A stretch of DNA of 64,000 bases, taken from positions 21,660 through 85,659 of the forward strand of contig CAZPLO010000003.1 of assembly GCA_964587725.1 (NCBI GenBank). The letters are read 5' to 3'. The notes below the pieces were generated by a model, which saw only the letters and a program-made list of their open reading frames with translations, searched no databases and was not told the origin of the DNA. This document shows positions 9,714 to 20,205 of the stretch, in pieces. Position 1 is the stretch's first letter, and each line of letters opens with the position of its first letter. Source of the stretch: an uncultured archaeon (lineage in GTDB: Archaea > Altiarchaeota > Altiarchaeia > IMC4 > SCGC-AAA252-I15). A program made the translations under genes and the position numbers.

Positions 9714-9766
9714 GGTATTACTCCGTCAGACGTCTTTAATAACGTCGGTTCACACTCAATAACAGC

Positions 9767-10831
9767 ATGTCTCGCCCCCCCAAGAAGCGGTCTAAGAAGG
9801 CGGGGTTGCCGCCAGGCTCTCCCGTGCACATCGGAGAGAAGCGTTCTGAAAGGGTTAAGATAACCGTCATAGACTACGACGACAAAAAACACACGGAGAA
9901 GGTCGTGGGGAAGGTCGAGGACTGCTTCCCCTTCAAGGACAAGCCCACCGTCACCTGGATTAACGTCGACGGCATACACGACATAAACGTGATAGAGGGG
10001 GTTGGTGCGCACTTTGGGCTTCACCCGCTGCTGATAGAGGACCTGGTGAACACCGACCAGCGGCCGAAGATGGAGGACTTCGACGAATACCTGTTCATCG
10101 TGTTGAAGATGCTGACGTGCTGCGACAAAGGCAACCTCATAAGCGCGGAGCAGGTCAGCCTCGTGCTGGGTCCGAACTTCGTCATCAGCTTTCAGGAGAA
10201 GGAGGGTGACGTATTCGACCCCGTCCGCAGCAGGATACGGGAGGGTAAGGGGAAGAGCAGGAAGGGGGGCGCCGACTACATCGCCTACTCGCTCATAGAC
10301 GCGGTAGTCGACAACTACTTCGGCATAATAGAGGATTTGGGGGAGAAGATTGAGTCATTGGAGGAGAAGATTGTCGCAGACCCGTCGCCGAACACACTCC
10401 GTAAAATACACGCTCTGAAGGGGGAGATGATTTTCCTCCGGAGGAGCGTTTACCCCCTCCGTGAAGTCGTCAGTTCCCTGGAGAGAACGGAGAGCCAGCT
10501 GGTGAGGAAGTCCACTAAAATCTACCTCCGCGACGTATACGACCACACCATACAGGTCATCGACATGATTGAGACGTTCCGGGACATGATGTCGAGCATG
10601 ATAGACATCTACATGTCCAGCATCAGCAACCGGATGAACGAGGTCATGAAGGTGCTGACGGTCATCGCAACCGTATTTATCCCGTTGACGTACATCACCG
10701 GCTGGTACGGGATGAACTTCCGCTACATGCCCGAACTCGAACATCCGTGGGGGTACCCTGCCGTCATACTGATAATGGTGGCTTTGGCGGCGGTGATGTT
10801 CCTGTACTTTAAGAGGAAGAAGTGGATTTAG
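9767..10831 (+). CDS. corA: magnesium/cobalt transporter CorA
   Basis: KAGLPPGS, QRPKME, YGMNFRYMPEL signature. Confidence 0.95.
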   Translation: MSRPPKKRSKKAGLPPGSPVHIGEKRSERVKITVIDYDDKKHTEKVVGKVEDCFPFKDKPTVTWINVDGIHDINVIEGVGAHFGLHPLLIEDLVNTDQRPKMEDFDEYLFIVLKMLTCCDKGNLISAEQVSLVLGPNFVISFQEKEGDVFDPVRSRIREGKGKSRKGGADYIAYSLIDAVVDNYFGIIEDLGEKIESLEEKIVADPSPNTLRKIHALKGEMIFLRRSVYPLREVVSSLERTESQLVRKSTKIYLRDVYDHTIQVIDMIETFRDMMSSMIDIYMSSISNRMNEVMKVLTVIATVFIPLTYITGWYGMNFRYMPELEHPWGYPAVILIMVALAAVMFLYFKRKKWI

Positions 10832-11169
10832 CCGCAGACGCAGCCGGGGGTTATCCCGCAGCACTGGGTGTTCGATACCGTGAATTTGCAAGTCAGCCCG
10901 CCGTCGCACGCCGCCTCCGCGCACGCCTTCGGGCTGGGGTTCTTCACCGAGTAACACGACACCCTCTCCACGGTCGTCGTCGTGGAAGTTGACGACGTCG
11001 TTGTGCTGGTGGAGGTTGTTGGCGTCGTCGTTGTCGTAGTGGATGTTGACGCGGCCGCCGTCGTGCTAGTGGTTGACGTCGTCAGCGTAGTCGTCGTTTC
11101 CTCAACGGTTTCATGCACGCACACGCAACCGCATAGTGCCGCCGCCACCAGCACCAGAACTCTTTTCAT
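10828..11169 (-). CDS. Thr-rich putative lipoprotein with Cys-rich C-terminal domain
   Basis: Lipobox-like LCGC, poly-Thr/Ser linker, Cys-rich tail. Confidence 0.65.
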   Translation of the reverse strand: MKRVLVLVAAALCGCVCVHETVEETTTTLTTSTTSTTAAASTSTTTTTTPTTSTSTTTSSTSTTTTVERVSCYSVKNPSPKACAEAACDGGLTCKFTVSNTQCCGITPGCVCG

Positions 11170-12233
11170 CCCCCGCTCCTCTGCCTCTTCAGTTCGTCGT
11201 AGAATTCGTCCGGCTTGTCCTCAGCCAACGGTATTAGTTCGTCCGCCGTAAGGGAGAGCTTGTACCTGCTCCCCTGTTTGGTGCCCCGGGCCTTCAGCTC
11301 CTTCTCCACCCGCGGCGTCACAATGTTGCGGTAGGTGTTCCATTCGGGAGCCAGCTTTATTTCGAGGCCGCAGTCTTTGGACATCCGCTGTATCAACACG
11401 TAGGGGCTGAGGTGCTCGAGGAAGTCCGCAACTAGTTTGACGTACTGTCTGAAGCCGAGGCTCTTGTACTGTCCGGTCCTCCACATCTCCGCCAGCCGGG
11501 TGTCCTTCATCACCACCAGCGGGTAAATCTTCACCGCGTCGACTCCGATGGCGGAGATCATCCGGGCGGTCTCCATCATCTCGTCATGGGTCTCCCACGG
11601 CATACCCAGTATTATGAAAGCGAGCAACGGGATGTCCCTCGCATGGCATTCATCCACCGCACGTATCAGCTCCGCCACCCCGTGCTGCCGGTTGGTTTCG
11701 CGGAGGGTGTGCTGGTGCATGGTCTGCTGCCCCGCCTCCACCCACACCTCATACCCTGATTCACGGTATTCTCCGAGGAGGTCCAGCACCTCGTCCGGCA
11801 GGCAGTCCGGCCGCGTCCCCACGGTGAACCCTATGACGTCTTCGTGGGCGTTCACTGTTTCGTCGAATATCTGCCGCAGCCGGTCCAACGGCGCGTACGT
11901 GTTGGTGCCGAAGGCTATGTAGACGAGGCCCTTCTCGCCGGCGCCTTTTTCCTGGTAGTGCTGCACCTGCGTTTTTATCTGTTCAGTGAACCCCTTGTCT
12001 ATGACCTCCCGGAAGCTCTGGTACGTGAACTGCTTCGCGTGGCTGGGGCAGAACACGCACCCGTCTTCGCTGAGGCGACCGTCCCAGTTGGGGCACACGA
12101 ACCGCGCGTTCAACGGCACCTTGAAAATCTTGTATCCGTGTATCCTCCTCTCGTACATGCCGTAAGCCGAATACAGGCGGCTTTCGTCGTAGAGTGCGTC
12201 AACAGCCTTCCGGTCCACTATCTGCTTTATCAT
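11166..12233 (-). CDS. TIGR01212 (YhcC-like) radical SAM protein
   Basis: CPNWDG...GCVFC, TNTYAP, GTRPDCLPD motifs. Confidence 0.88.
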   Translation of the reverse strand: MIKQIVDRKAVDALYDESRLYSAYGMYERRIHGYKIFKVPLNARFVCPNWDGRLSEDGCVFCPSHAKQFTYQSFREVIDKGFTEQIKTQVQHYQEKGAGEKGLVYIAFGTNTYAPLDRLRQIFDETVNAHEDVIGFTVGTRPDCLPDEVLDLLGEYRESGYEVWVEAGQQTMHQHTLRETNRQHGVAELIRAVDECHARDIPLLAFIILGMPWETHDEMMETARMISAIGVDAVKIYPLVVMKDTRLAEMWRTGQYKSLGFRQYVKLVADFLEHLSPYVLIQRMSKDCGLEIKLAPEWNTYRNIVTPRVEKELKARGTKQGSRYKLSLTADELIPLAEDKPDEFYDELKRQRSGG

Positions 12234-12261
12234 ACTGCATACCCTACTACAGAATCAGGCC

Positions 12262-12927
12262 TTATAATTCCTTGGTCCAGCCGACGCCCCCTTCCTCGGT
12301 CGCGTTCGGGTGTTTCTCCCGTATTTCAAGCCGGTGCTGGGTGCAGTGCGTCGGCACAATCAGTTTCAGGCCGTCGAGTGCGCGGTAGTCGTCGAAGCCG
12401 TGCAGGCCGCCCACGAGGCCGTACAGTCTGCCTCGTTCGCGGGCCGCTTCGAGTATCTGTCCGACCCCCGAATGCGAGCACCCGGTCAACGCAACCACTC
12501 CCTCCTTGGTTTCCAATGCGAGGCTCTGTTCCATGATAACTCCCTTGTATTCTCCCGCCAGTTCGCCGGTCGAGTATGCGTTGTCGGATACTTTCACCGG
12601 CCCGCCGACTTCCACCAGTTCCGCGTGCCTGCCTATCTCACCCTTCAAGTGGTCGCTGAAGGATTTCGGCGCATACACCCTCACATCTGCGTTGTTGAGC
12701 ACGCAGGTGAGTCCGCCGGTGTGGTCCCAGTGGTCGTGGCTGAGGACGACGGCGTCTACTTCACTGATGTCTTTGCCGAGCGCCCGCATGTTGTGGAGTA
12801 GGTCGCTGCCCTTCCACCCCGTGTCGAAGAGAATATTTTCCCCGGCCTCTATGAGGCAGCTGAAGCCCCAGCCCTCTCGCAACCCATCCTTCAATACGGT
12901 GTTGTCGTAGACGATGGTCAGCTTCAT
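12262..12927 (-). CDS. MBL-fold metallo-hydrolase
   Basis: ILFDTG, SHDHWDHTGG, TGCSHSG, GGLH, PTHCT. Confidence 0.88.
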   Translation of the reverse strand: MKLTIVYDNTVLKDGLREGWGFSCLIEAGENILFDTGWKGSDLLHNMRALGKDISEVDAVVLSHDHWDHTGGLTCVLNNADVRVYAPKSFSDHLKGEIGRHAELVEVGGPVKVSDNAYSTGELAGEYKGVIMEQSLALETKEGVVALTGCSHSGVGQILEAARERGRLYGLVGGLHGFDDYRALDGLKLIVPTHCTQHRLEIREKHPNATEEGGVGWTKEL

Positions 12928-12978
12928 GTTCTTCTATTGTGTTTTGGTTTTTAAACCCTGGCTTCTGTTACGTATCTG

Positions 12979-13509
12979 ATGAAGACGCTGGAGTCTGTCG
13001 AGGGAAAGGATGTCGTGGACGGCGCCGGCGAGAAAATGGGTGTCGCGGGCGGCATAGACGTGGATTTGGGCGACTACGATTTGTTCCTCCGCGTGACCGG
13101 CGACAAAATCAAGTCGGTGCGGGGCCGGGAGACGGAGTTCTTGGAGTTGAAGGAGATAGACTACATAGACGACGTCATACACCTGTACAAGGACCTCGCA
13201 TCATTGGAGCCGGAGATTGTGAAAACCCACATGGCGGAGGAGAAAACCTATCGTTCATCGGAGTTCATAGGCAAGGACATCACGTCATCCGACTCCATGG
13301 TGTTCGGCAAGATAACGGACGTGGTGTTCAGCGAAGACTTCAACGAGGCCTTCCTGGTGGTGGAAGGCCCCAAGGTGAAGGAGATACGCGGCAACGACCG
13401 CGAAGTACTGTCTCTGCTGATGTTCATCGACGTGGACAAGACCGTCCACCTCATACACGACTACGAAACCATATCTGGAAGACTACAGGAAAAGGCCGAT
13501 AAAAGATAA
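12979..13509 (+). CDS. tandem PRC-barrel-like domain protein
   Basis: Two internally similar halves, each starting GKDV/I...G(V/K) and ending (V)IHL/VHL. Confidence 0.6.
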   Translation: MKTLESVEGKDVVDGAGEKMGVAGGIDVDLGDYDLFLRVTGDKIKSVRGRETEFLELKEIDYIDDVIHLYKDLASLEPEIVKTHMAEEKTYRSSEFIGKDITSSDSMVFGKITDVVFSEDFNEAFLVVEGPKVKEIRGNDREVLSLLMFIDVDKTVHLIHDYETISGRLQEKADKR

Positions 13510-13564
13510 ACTACTCTTTATTGAGTAAATCATCATTTTTAAGTATGCCCGTTTAATATCTTCG

Positions 13565-14640
<1,076 letters not shown>

Positions 14641-14651
14641 GTGAATGTGAA

Positions 14652-15101
14652 ATGGCTAGGATAAGAATTGGGTTCGTGGTGGGGGAGTTCAACGCCGACA
14701 TCACGCAGCTCATGATGGAGCGCGCGAAAGCGCACGCGGAGTTCCTCGAATGCGACGTCACCCACATAGTGAGGGTGCCGGGCGCATTCGACACCCCCTT
14801 GGCGGTTAAGAAGATGCTTGAACGAAGCGACGTGGACGCGGCCGTGGCCCTCGGGGCCGTGATAGAGGGGGACACAGAACACGACCAGGTGGTGGCCCAG
14901 CACGCGGCGAGGAAGGTCATGGACTTGGCGCTGGAGTACGGGAAGCCGGTGGGCCTAGGCATATCCGGGCCGGGCATGAGCCGGGCGCAGGGTCAGGCAC
15001 GCATAGACGACTACGCCCGCAGGAGCGTCGAAGCCGCAGTTAAGCTGGTGAAGCGTATGCGGGTTCTCTCTAAGAAGGATGCGCCGGTGATGATAGGGTG
15101 A
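14652..15101 (+). CDS. ribH: 6,7-dimethyl-8-ribityllumazine synthase
   Basis: VGEFNADIT, VPGAFD, LGAVIEGDTEHD, GISGPGM; ATG at 14652. Confidence 0.95.
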   Translation: MARIRIGFVVGEFNADITQLMMERAKAHAEFLECDVTHIVRVPGAFDTPLAVKKMLERSDVDAAVALGAVIEGDTEHDQVVAQHAARKVMDLALEYGKPVGLGISGPGMSRAQGQARIDDYARRSVEAAVKLVKRMRVLSKKDAPVMIG

Positions 15102-15667
15102 ACGTCTCCGAAGAGGCGTCCCTCCCGTCGGAATACGGGACGTTCAATGTGAGGGCGTTCCGGGACGGCGAAGGCAGGGAGCACCTCGCAGTCTACAAGA
15201 ATCTCGGCGGCGAGAAGGTGCCTGTGCGCATACACAGCCAGTGCCTCACCGGAGACACGCTCGGGTCGCTGAAGTGCGACTGCCGTGAACAACTGGTGGG
15301 CGCCCTCCGCCGCATCGAAGGGGAGGGGAGGGGAGTCGTAGTCTACCTGGAGCAGGAGGGCCGCGGCATAGGTTTGTTCAACAAAATCAACGCCTACTGC
15401 CTCCAAGACAACGGCTGCGACACCGTCGAAGCCAACAACCGGCTGGGTTTCCCCACCGACGCCCGCGACTACCGCGTGGCGGCGGAGATACTGGATTACT
15501 TCAATGTGAAGTCGGTTGCGCTGCTCACCAACAACCCCGACAAAATCAGGGGCCTGGAGGAGTCCGGCATCAACGTGGTGGAGCGCATTCCGTTGACGGT
15601 GGAGCCGGGCGAATTCAACCGCAAGTATTTGGAGACGAAGCGGGAGAAGATGAACCACCTCCTATAG
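15098..15667 (+). CDS. ribA: GTP cyclohydrolase II
   Basis: VRIHSQCLTGD...CDC, QEGRGIGL, LLTNNP, YLETK. Confidence 0.95.
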   Translation: MNVSEEASLPSEYGTFNVRAFRDGEGREHLAVYKNLGGEKVPVRIHSQCLTGDTLGSLKCDCREQLVGALRRIEGEGRGVVVYLEQEGRGIGLFNKINAYCLQDNGCDTVEANNRLGFPTDARDYRVAAEILDYFNVKSVALLTNNPDKIRGLEESGINVVERIPLTVEPGEFNRKYLETKREKMNHLL

Positions 15668-15755
15668 ACGGCAGCATGCTGCTGCCGTATATGTCGAATT
15701 GCGCCAAAACAAAGAGATGAAGACGAAAAAACCGGGTGAAAACGCAATCCGCCAC

Positions 15756-16802
15756 ATGAAAGACGAGGATTATATGCGGAGGGCGCTGCAGATGTCGCTG
15801 AAGGGCAGTCCGTCCCCCAACCCGTACGTCGGCGCCGTAGTGGTCAAGGACGGCAGGATTGTGGGTGAAGGCTATCACAGGCGTGTCGGTGAACCGCATG
15901 CGGAGGTTGAGGCATTGAAGGACGTCAACGGGTTAGGCACTACACTGTATGTGACTCTTGAACCCTGCAGCCACCACGGCAGAACCCCCCCGTGCACGCA
16001 GGCGATAATAGACGCGGGCGTGTCCGAGGTCGTGTATGCGGTCGAAGACCCCACGGACAAGGTGAAGGGCCGTGAGGTGTTGGGGGCAGAGGGCGTGGAG
16101 GTAAGGTCAGGTGTATTGAAGGAGGAGTGTGAGAAAGCGAATGAAGTGTTTATGAAATACTCGAAGACGGGGAGGCCGTTTGTCGTGCTGAAGGCTGCTG
16201 TGTCGTTGGACGGGCAGATTGCCTCGAAGACAGGAGACAGCAGGTGGATTACGTCCGGGGAGTCCAGGGAAATAGTGCATGAACTCCGCGGCAGATACGA
16301 TGCAGTCCTCGTTGGAGTAGGCACCGTGTTGAAAGACAATCCGCAGCTCACGTGCAGGACCGGCGGAAGGGATCCACTCCGCATAGTATTGGACAGCGGA
16401 CTCAGAACTCCACTGGACGCGAACGTCCTGGCGGACGACAACGTCTTGATGGTGACAACCAAAAAGGCTGGTGAAAAGGTGGAGGAATATGGGGGAAAAG
16501 CCGAGGTCGTTGTGGCGGGGGAGGATACGGTAGATCTGAAGGCATTGCTATCAGTCCTAGCCGAACGCAATATCACCTCCGTCCTCGTCGAGGGCGGTTC
16601 GCAGGTGAACTACAGTTTCGCTAAGGCGGGGCTGGTGGACAAGTACGTGTTCTTCACCGCCCCGAAGCTTCTGTTGGGTTGCAACACGCCGGTGTTCGGG
16701 GGCGAGGGCGTAAACGCCCTCGCAGACGCGTTGAACCTTCGTTTTGACTCTGTGAAGCGGGTCGGCTCGGACGTCATGTTGGAAGCATACCCTCTTAAAT
16801 AA
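15756..16802 (+). CDS. ribD: bifunctional pyrimidine deaminase/reductase
   Basis: PNPYVGA, HAEV, TLEPCSHHGRTPPC, SLDG, VEGG; ATG at 15756. Confidence 0.95.
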   Translation: MKDEDYMRRALQMSLKGSPSPNPYVGAVVVKDGRIVGEGYHRRVGEPHAEVEALKDVNGLGTTLYVTLEPCSHHGRTPPCTQAIIDAGVSEVVYAVEDPTDKVKGREVLGAEGVEVRSGVLKEECEKANEVFMKYSKTGRPFVVLKAAVSLDGQIASKTGDSRWITSGESREIVHELRGRYDAVLVGVGTVLKDNPQLTCRTGGRDPLRIVLDSGLRTPLDANVLADDNVLMVTTKKAGEKVEEYGGKAEVVVAGEDTVDLKALLSVLAERNITSVLVEGGSQVNYSFAKAGLVDKYVFFTAPKLLLGCNTPVFGGEGVNALADALNLRFDSVKRVGSDVMLEAYPLK

Positions 16803-16818
16803 CCCTGTAGCGTAATCT

Positions 16819-17604
16819 TTGAGGATGACATTAAACATTCCAATTGAAAAGAACAAGAAGTTGAAGAAGCTCCTGGACAGGGTTAACTCCGACACGGAGC
16901 TGCAGACCCTGTGGAGGAGCAGCAACATCACCGCAATCGACAGAAGCCATTTGAGCGACCACGGGCCAACCCACGTCGCCATCATAGTGAATGCGGGGTT
17001 GAAGATGCTCCGCAACCTGGTGAAGGCGGGTGTGGAGCCGTCGGTGGTGAAAGACCATAAGATGGCGGCGGAGGACGCGGAAGTGGTTGTGTTTCTCGCG
17101 GGCTGCCTGCACGACGTAGGCCACGTGGTCCACCGCACAGACCACGCCCACTACAGCATACCCGTGGCGTCGCCTATTCTGAAGCGGCTGCTGAAGGGAG
17201 TTTATGATGAACACCTGGCGGCCGTATTGTACGGCGAAGTCTTGCACGCCATCATCTGCCACAACACCGACTACCGCCCCCTCACCGTGGAGGCGGGCGT
17301 CGTCCGGATAGCGGACGCCCTGGACATGGCCGAAGGAAGAACGCGCATACCATTCCGCATCGGCGAAAAAAACATCCACTCCGTGTCCGCGATGGCAATC
17401 AAGAACGTGAAAATCGAGTACGCGGAAGACCGGCCCATAACACTGCGCATCGAGATGACGAATTCCGCCGGCATATTCCAGATAGACAACCTGTTGAAGG
17501 AGAAGGTCCGCGGCAGCGGCTTGGAGGAGTACGTGAAGATAGCGGCGGAAGTCAAGGACCAGCGGGAGAAGAGCATCATAGACTCGTTCGAGATAAACCT
17601 GTGA
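16819..17604 (+). CDS. HD-domain phosphohydrolase
   Basis: DHGPTH, LHDVGH, ADALDM, IHSVSA. Confidence 0.88.
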   Translation: MRMTLNIPIEKNKKLKKLLDRVNSDTELQTLWRSSNITAIDRSHLSDHGPTHVAIIVNAGLKMLRNLVKAGVEPSVVKDHKMAAEDAEVVVFLAGCLHDVGHVVHRTDHAHYSIPVASPILKRLLKGVYDEHLAAVLYGEVLHAIICHNTDYRPLTVEAGVVRIADALDMAEGRTRIPFRIGEKNIHSVSAMAIKNVKIEYAEDRPITLRIEMTNSAGIFQIDNLLKEKVRGSGLEEYVKIAAEVKDQREKSIIDSFEINL

Positions 17605-17607
17605 ACC

Positions 17608-18375
17608 ATGGCCTCCGTAGTTTCATTGGAGGATGTGAGCAAGTGGCTGGGCGACAAACTCGTGCTCGGCGGCGTGAACTGGAGTGTGTCTGAGGGAGAG
17701 CACTGGGTGGTGTTGGGAGCCAACGGCTCGGGAAAGACGACCATGCTCCGCATAGCCTCCGGCTACCTGTGGCCGACCTCCGGCACGGTTTCGGTTCTGG
17801 GGCGTCGGTTCGGGTCCGTCGACCTCCGCGAGCTGCGGAAGAAGATTGGGTGGGTTACGTCGGCGCTGACGTCCAGGATTCCGCCCGGCGAACAGGCGTT
17901 GAATGTTGTTTTGTCTGGCAGGTACGCGAGCATGGGGCTGTATGACGAGCCGTCGGAAGCCGACAGAGGGAAGGCTGCGGGTATTCTCGAGTTCATGGAT
18001 TGCGGAGAACTCGCGTGCAGGTGCTTTGGTGTTTTGTCGCAGGGGGAGCAGCAGCGCGTGCTGATCGCCCGTGCGCTGATGTCCGACCCGCGGCTGCTGA
18101 TACTGGATGAGCCGTCCGCCGGCCTGGATTTGAAGGCGCGCGAGGGGTTTCTCGAATCAGTGGCCAAACTGACGGAGGAGCATACGGTGGCGTACGTCAC
18201 ACACCACATCGAAGAGATTATCCCTGAGTTCACGCATGTGATACTGCTGAAGGACGGCCGTGTGTTGCGCAGCGGCGTGAAAGAGGATGTATTATCCACC
18301 GGAAACCTGCGGGAGGCCTTTGGCGTCGGCCTGGAGGTTGATTTCAAGGGCGGCAGGTACTCGGTCAGGCTCTAG
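17608..18375 (+). CDS. ABC ATP-binding protein (ModF/YlmA-like)
   Basis: GANGSGKT, LSQGE, LILDEP, VTHH. Confidence 0.9.
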   Translation: MASVVSLEDVSKWLGDKLVLGGVNWSVSEGEHWVVLGANGSGKTTMLRIASGYLWPTSGTVSVLGRRFGSVDLRELRKKIGWVTSALTSRIPPGEQALNVVLSGRYASMGLYDEPSEADRGKAAGILEFMDCGELACRCFGVLSQGEQQRVLIARALMSDPRLLILDEPSAGLDLKAREGFLESVAKLTEEHTVAYVTHHIEEIIPEFTHVILLKDGRVLRSGVKEDVLSTGNLREAFGVGLEVDFKGGRYSVRL

Positions 18376-19558
18376 AACGCCTCCAAGCATAGTACAGGTA
18401 TGCTGTGCCCATCAGCGCCAGCAGCAGGAACGCCCACAGCCACCCGCTGGAGTATATTATTTCGGTGGTGTTGTTGACTATGTTGAACAGTTTCTCCTGC
18501 ACGTCCTTGAACCTGCGTCCCAGTTCCCTTACCGTCGGCAGCTTGATTCTGGCCACGGGTGTTTCAATAACAAAGGGTTCCTCAACGGTCACGTTGCTGC
18601 TGTTGGAGGCCACATGAAGTCTCCTGTTGTCTCTGACGTCCACCCTCACCTTGTATTCGCCTTCGTCCACGTCGTCGGTCGCGTCCACGTCCAGGTCGAA
18701 TTCTGCGCCCCCGCTGTCGTCCACCGTCACCTCCCTGACCGTCCGGTCCCTGCCTTCGAAGCCTTCCGGGAGGCGGATGTCGACGCCGTAGGAGCCGGGC
18801 CAGCTGGCGTTCAGACGCACCCTAACATTGAACAGGTCCCCTCTGTCGACGCGGCCGGGGTTCTCCACGACAACTGAAACGTCGGGTAGGGTGCAGGGCC
18901 TGCACGGTCCGCCGCAGTCAATCCACTCCTCGCCCTGGTTCTGCCGGCCGTCGAAGCAGCCGGGTTCCGGAATGGTTGTTGTCGTGGTAGTGGACGTGGT
19001 CGTTGAGGTGGTTGACGTTGAGGTTGTGGAAGTCGTGGATGTGGTGGTGTAGAGTTCTCCCGCATGAGGGTACTGGAACAGCGTGGTGGTGGATGTGGTC
19101 GTCGTTCTGAGAGGCCTAGTGGTGGTGGTTGCGAACGTGGTGGTCGTATCCGGCATGCACTCGCACATGAAATCCCCTGTTTCAACGCACGAGCTCCCCG
19201 GCGGGCAGTCTCCGACGCATCCGCCTGCGAGGGTGTCGTGGAAGCAATAGTACTGTTGGGTGGTGGTGGTCTCGCACGGCGGAGGATAGCATTTAAGTGT
19301 GATGTCGTCGACGCAGCACCCGCAGGAGATGCATTCGCCGGGGCTCTCGCAGGTGCAGTCGACGCAGCAGTCGTATACTTCGTAGTTGTCGCTGGGGGTG
19401 CAGCCTGCGGCGGTCCACTCGCAGACTCCGCAGCTCAGGCACTGCGCCTCGTAGAGGCAGCTGCAGCGTATGCAGCATTCGTCTCCTGTTTTGAGGGACT
19501 GGGCTGTGGCTGCGGGGAGAAACGCCAGCAATGTGAGCAGGATTAGTGCACGCCTCAT
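18365..19558 (-). CDS. Cys-rich, Thr-rich surface protein with C-terminal TM anchor
   Basis: Signal peptide, dense Cys domain, Thr tracts, CFDGRQNQGEEWIDCGGPC motif, Ig-like domain, TM followed by RRSR. Confidence 0.8.
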   Translation of the reverse strand: MRRALILLTLLAFLPAATAQSLKTGDECCIRCSCLYEAQCLSCGVCEWTAAGCTPSDNYEVYDCCVDCTCESPGECISCGCCVDDITLKCYPPPCETTTTQQYYCFHDTLAGGCVGDCPPGSSCVETGDFMCECMPDTTTTFATTTTRPLRTTTTSTTTLFQYPHAGELYTTTSTTSTTSTSTTSTTTSTTTTTTIPEPGCFDGRQNQGEEWIDCGGPCRPCTLPDVSVVVENPGRVDRGDLFNVRVRLNASWPGSYGVDIRLPEGFEGRDRTVREVTVDDSGGAEFDLDVDATDDVDEGEYKVRVDVRDNRRLHVASNSSNVTVEEPFVIETPVARIKLPTVRELGRRFKDVQEKLFNIVNNTTEIIYSSGWLWAFLLLALMGTAYLYYAWRRSRA

Positions 19559-20172
19559 TTGCCTTCAAGCTCCTTTATCTGGGACTCCAATTCTATGAGT
19601 TTCTGCTGGTGTTCACGGGTTATCTCCCGGAAGCTTTCCTCGTCCAGCTCGCGTCGGTGGTATTTGCTCTTGGTCAGCTCCAGCATCTTCTGAAGCCGGT
19701 CCCGTTCTCCCTTCAAATCCTTGACCCCTGGTTTTCTGCTCCTGCGCAGGAACAGTTGGTCAACGAGGATAATGAACAGTATCAGCAGCGCCACGGCGAC
19801 GACTACTCCGAAGCCGTATTTCTCCACCACCTCGCCGCCGTACGCGGACTCGGATGCGATGTTGAAGTTGAGGGTGTAGACTGCACCGGCCGACACCGCC
19901 TCACTGGTCCTCTGGTTGGGGTTGCTGCCCCCCATCCGGAGGTATACGTCGTAGTATGAGCCCGGCTGCACCGCCACCGAGTAATAGCCCCTGCTGTCCG
20001 TCTCGGTCAGTGCGACGGTGGTGCCGTAGTCGCCGCTACGGTACACTGCCACATTGACGCCCGTTATGCTGGTCCCGGATTTGGCGTCGCGGACGTATCC
20101 TTCCACGGTCGCGTGCTGGGCTGCCGCGGAACCCATCAGAAGCATCAACACTAGGGCGGACACATGCCTCAT
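19555..20172 (-). CDS. membrane protein with carboxypeptidase-regulatory-like domain
   Basis: Signal peptide, VEGYVRD...TDSRGYY, TM helix, cytoplasmic coiled coil. Confidence 0.7.
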   Translation of the reverse strand: MRHVSALVLMLLMGSAAAQHATVEGYVRDAKSGTSITGVNVAVYRSGDYGTTVALTETDSRGYYSVAVQPGSYYDVYLRMGGSNPNQRTSEAVSAGAVYTLNFNIASESAYGGEVVEKYGFGVVVAVALLILFIILVDQLFLRRSRKPGVKDLKGERDRLQKMLELTKSKYHRRELDEESFREITREHQQKLIELESQIKELEGK

Positions 20173-20205
20173 TTCAGGAAAACTATTAGCTGGTGTCGAA
20201 TAAAA

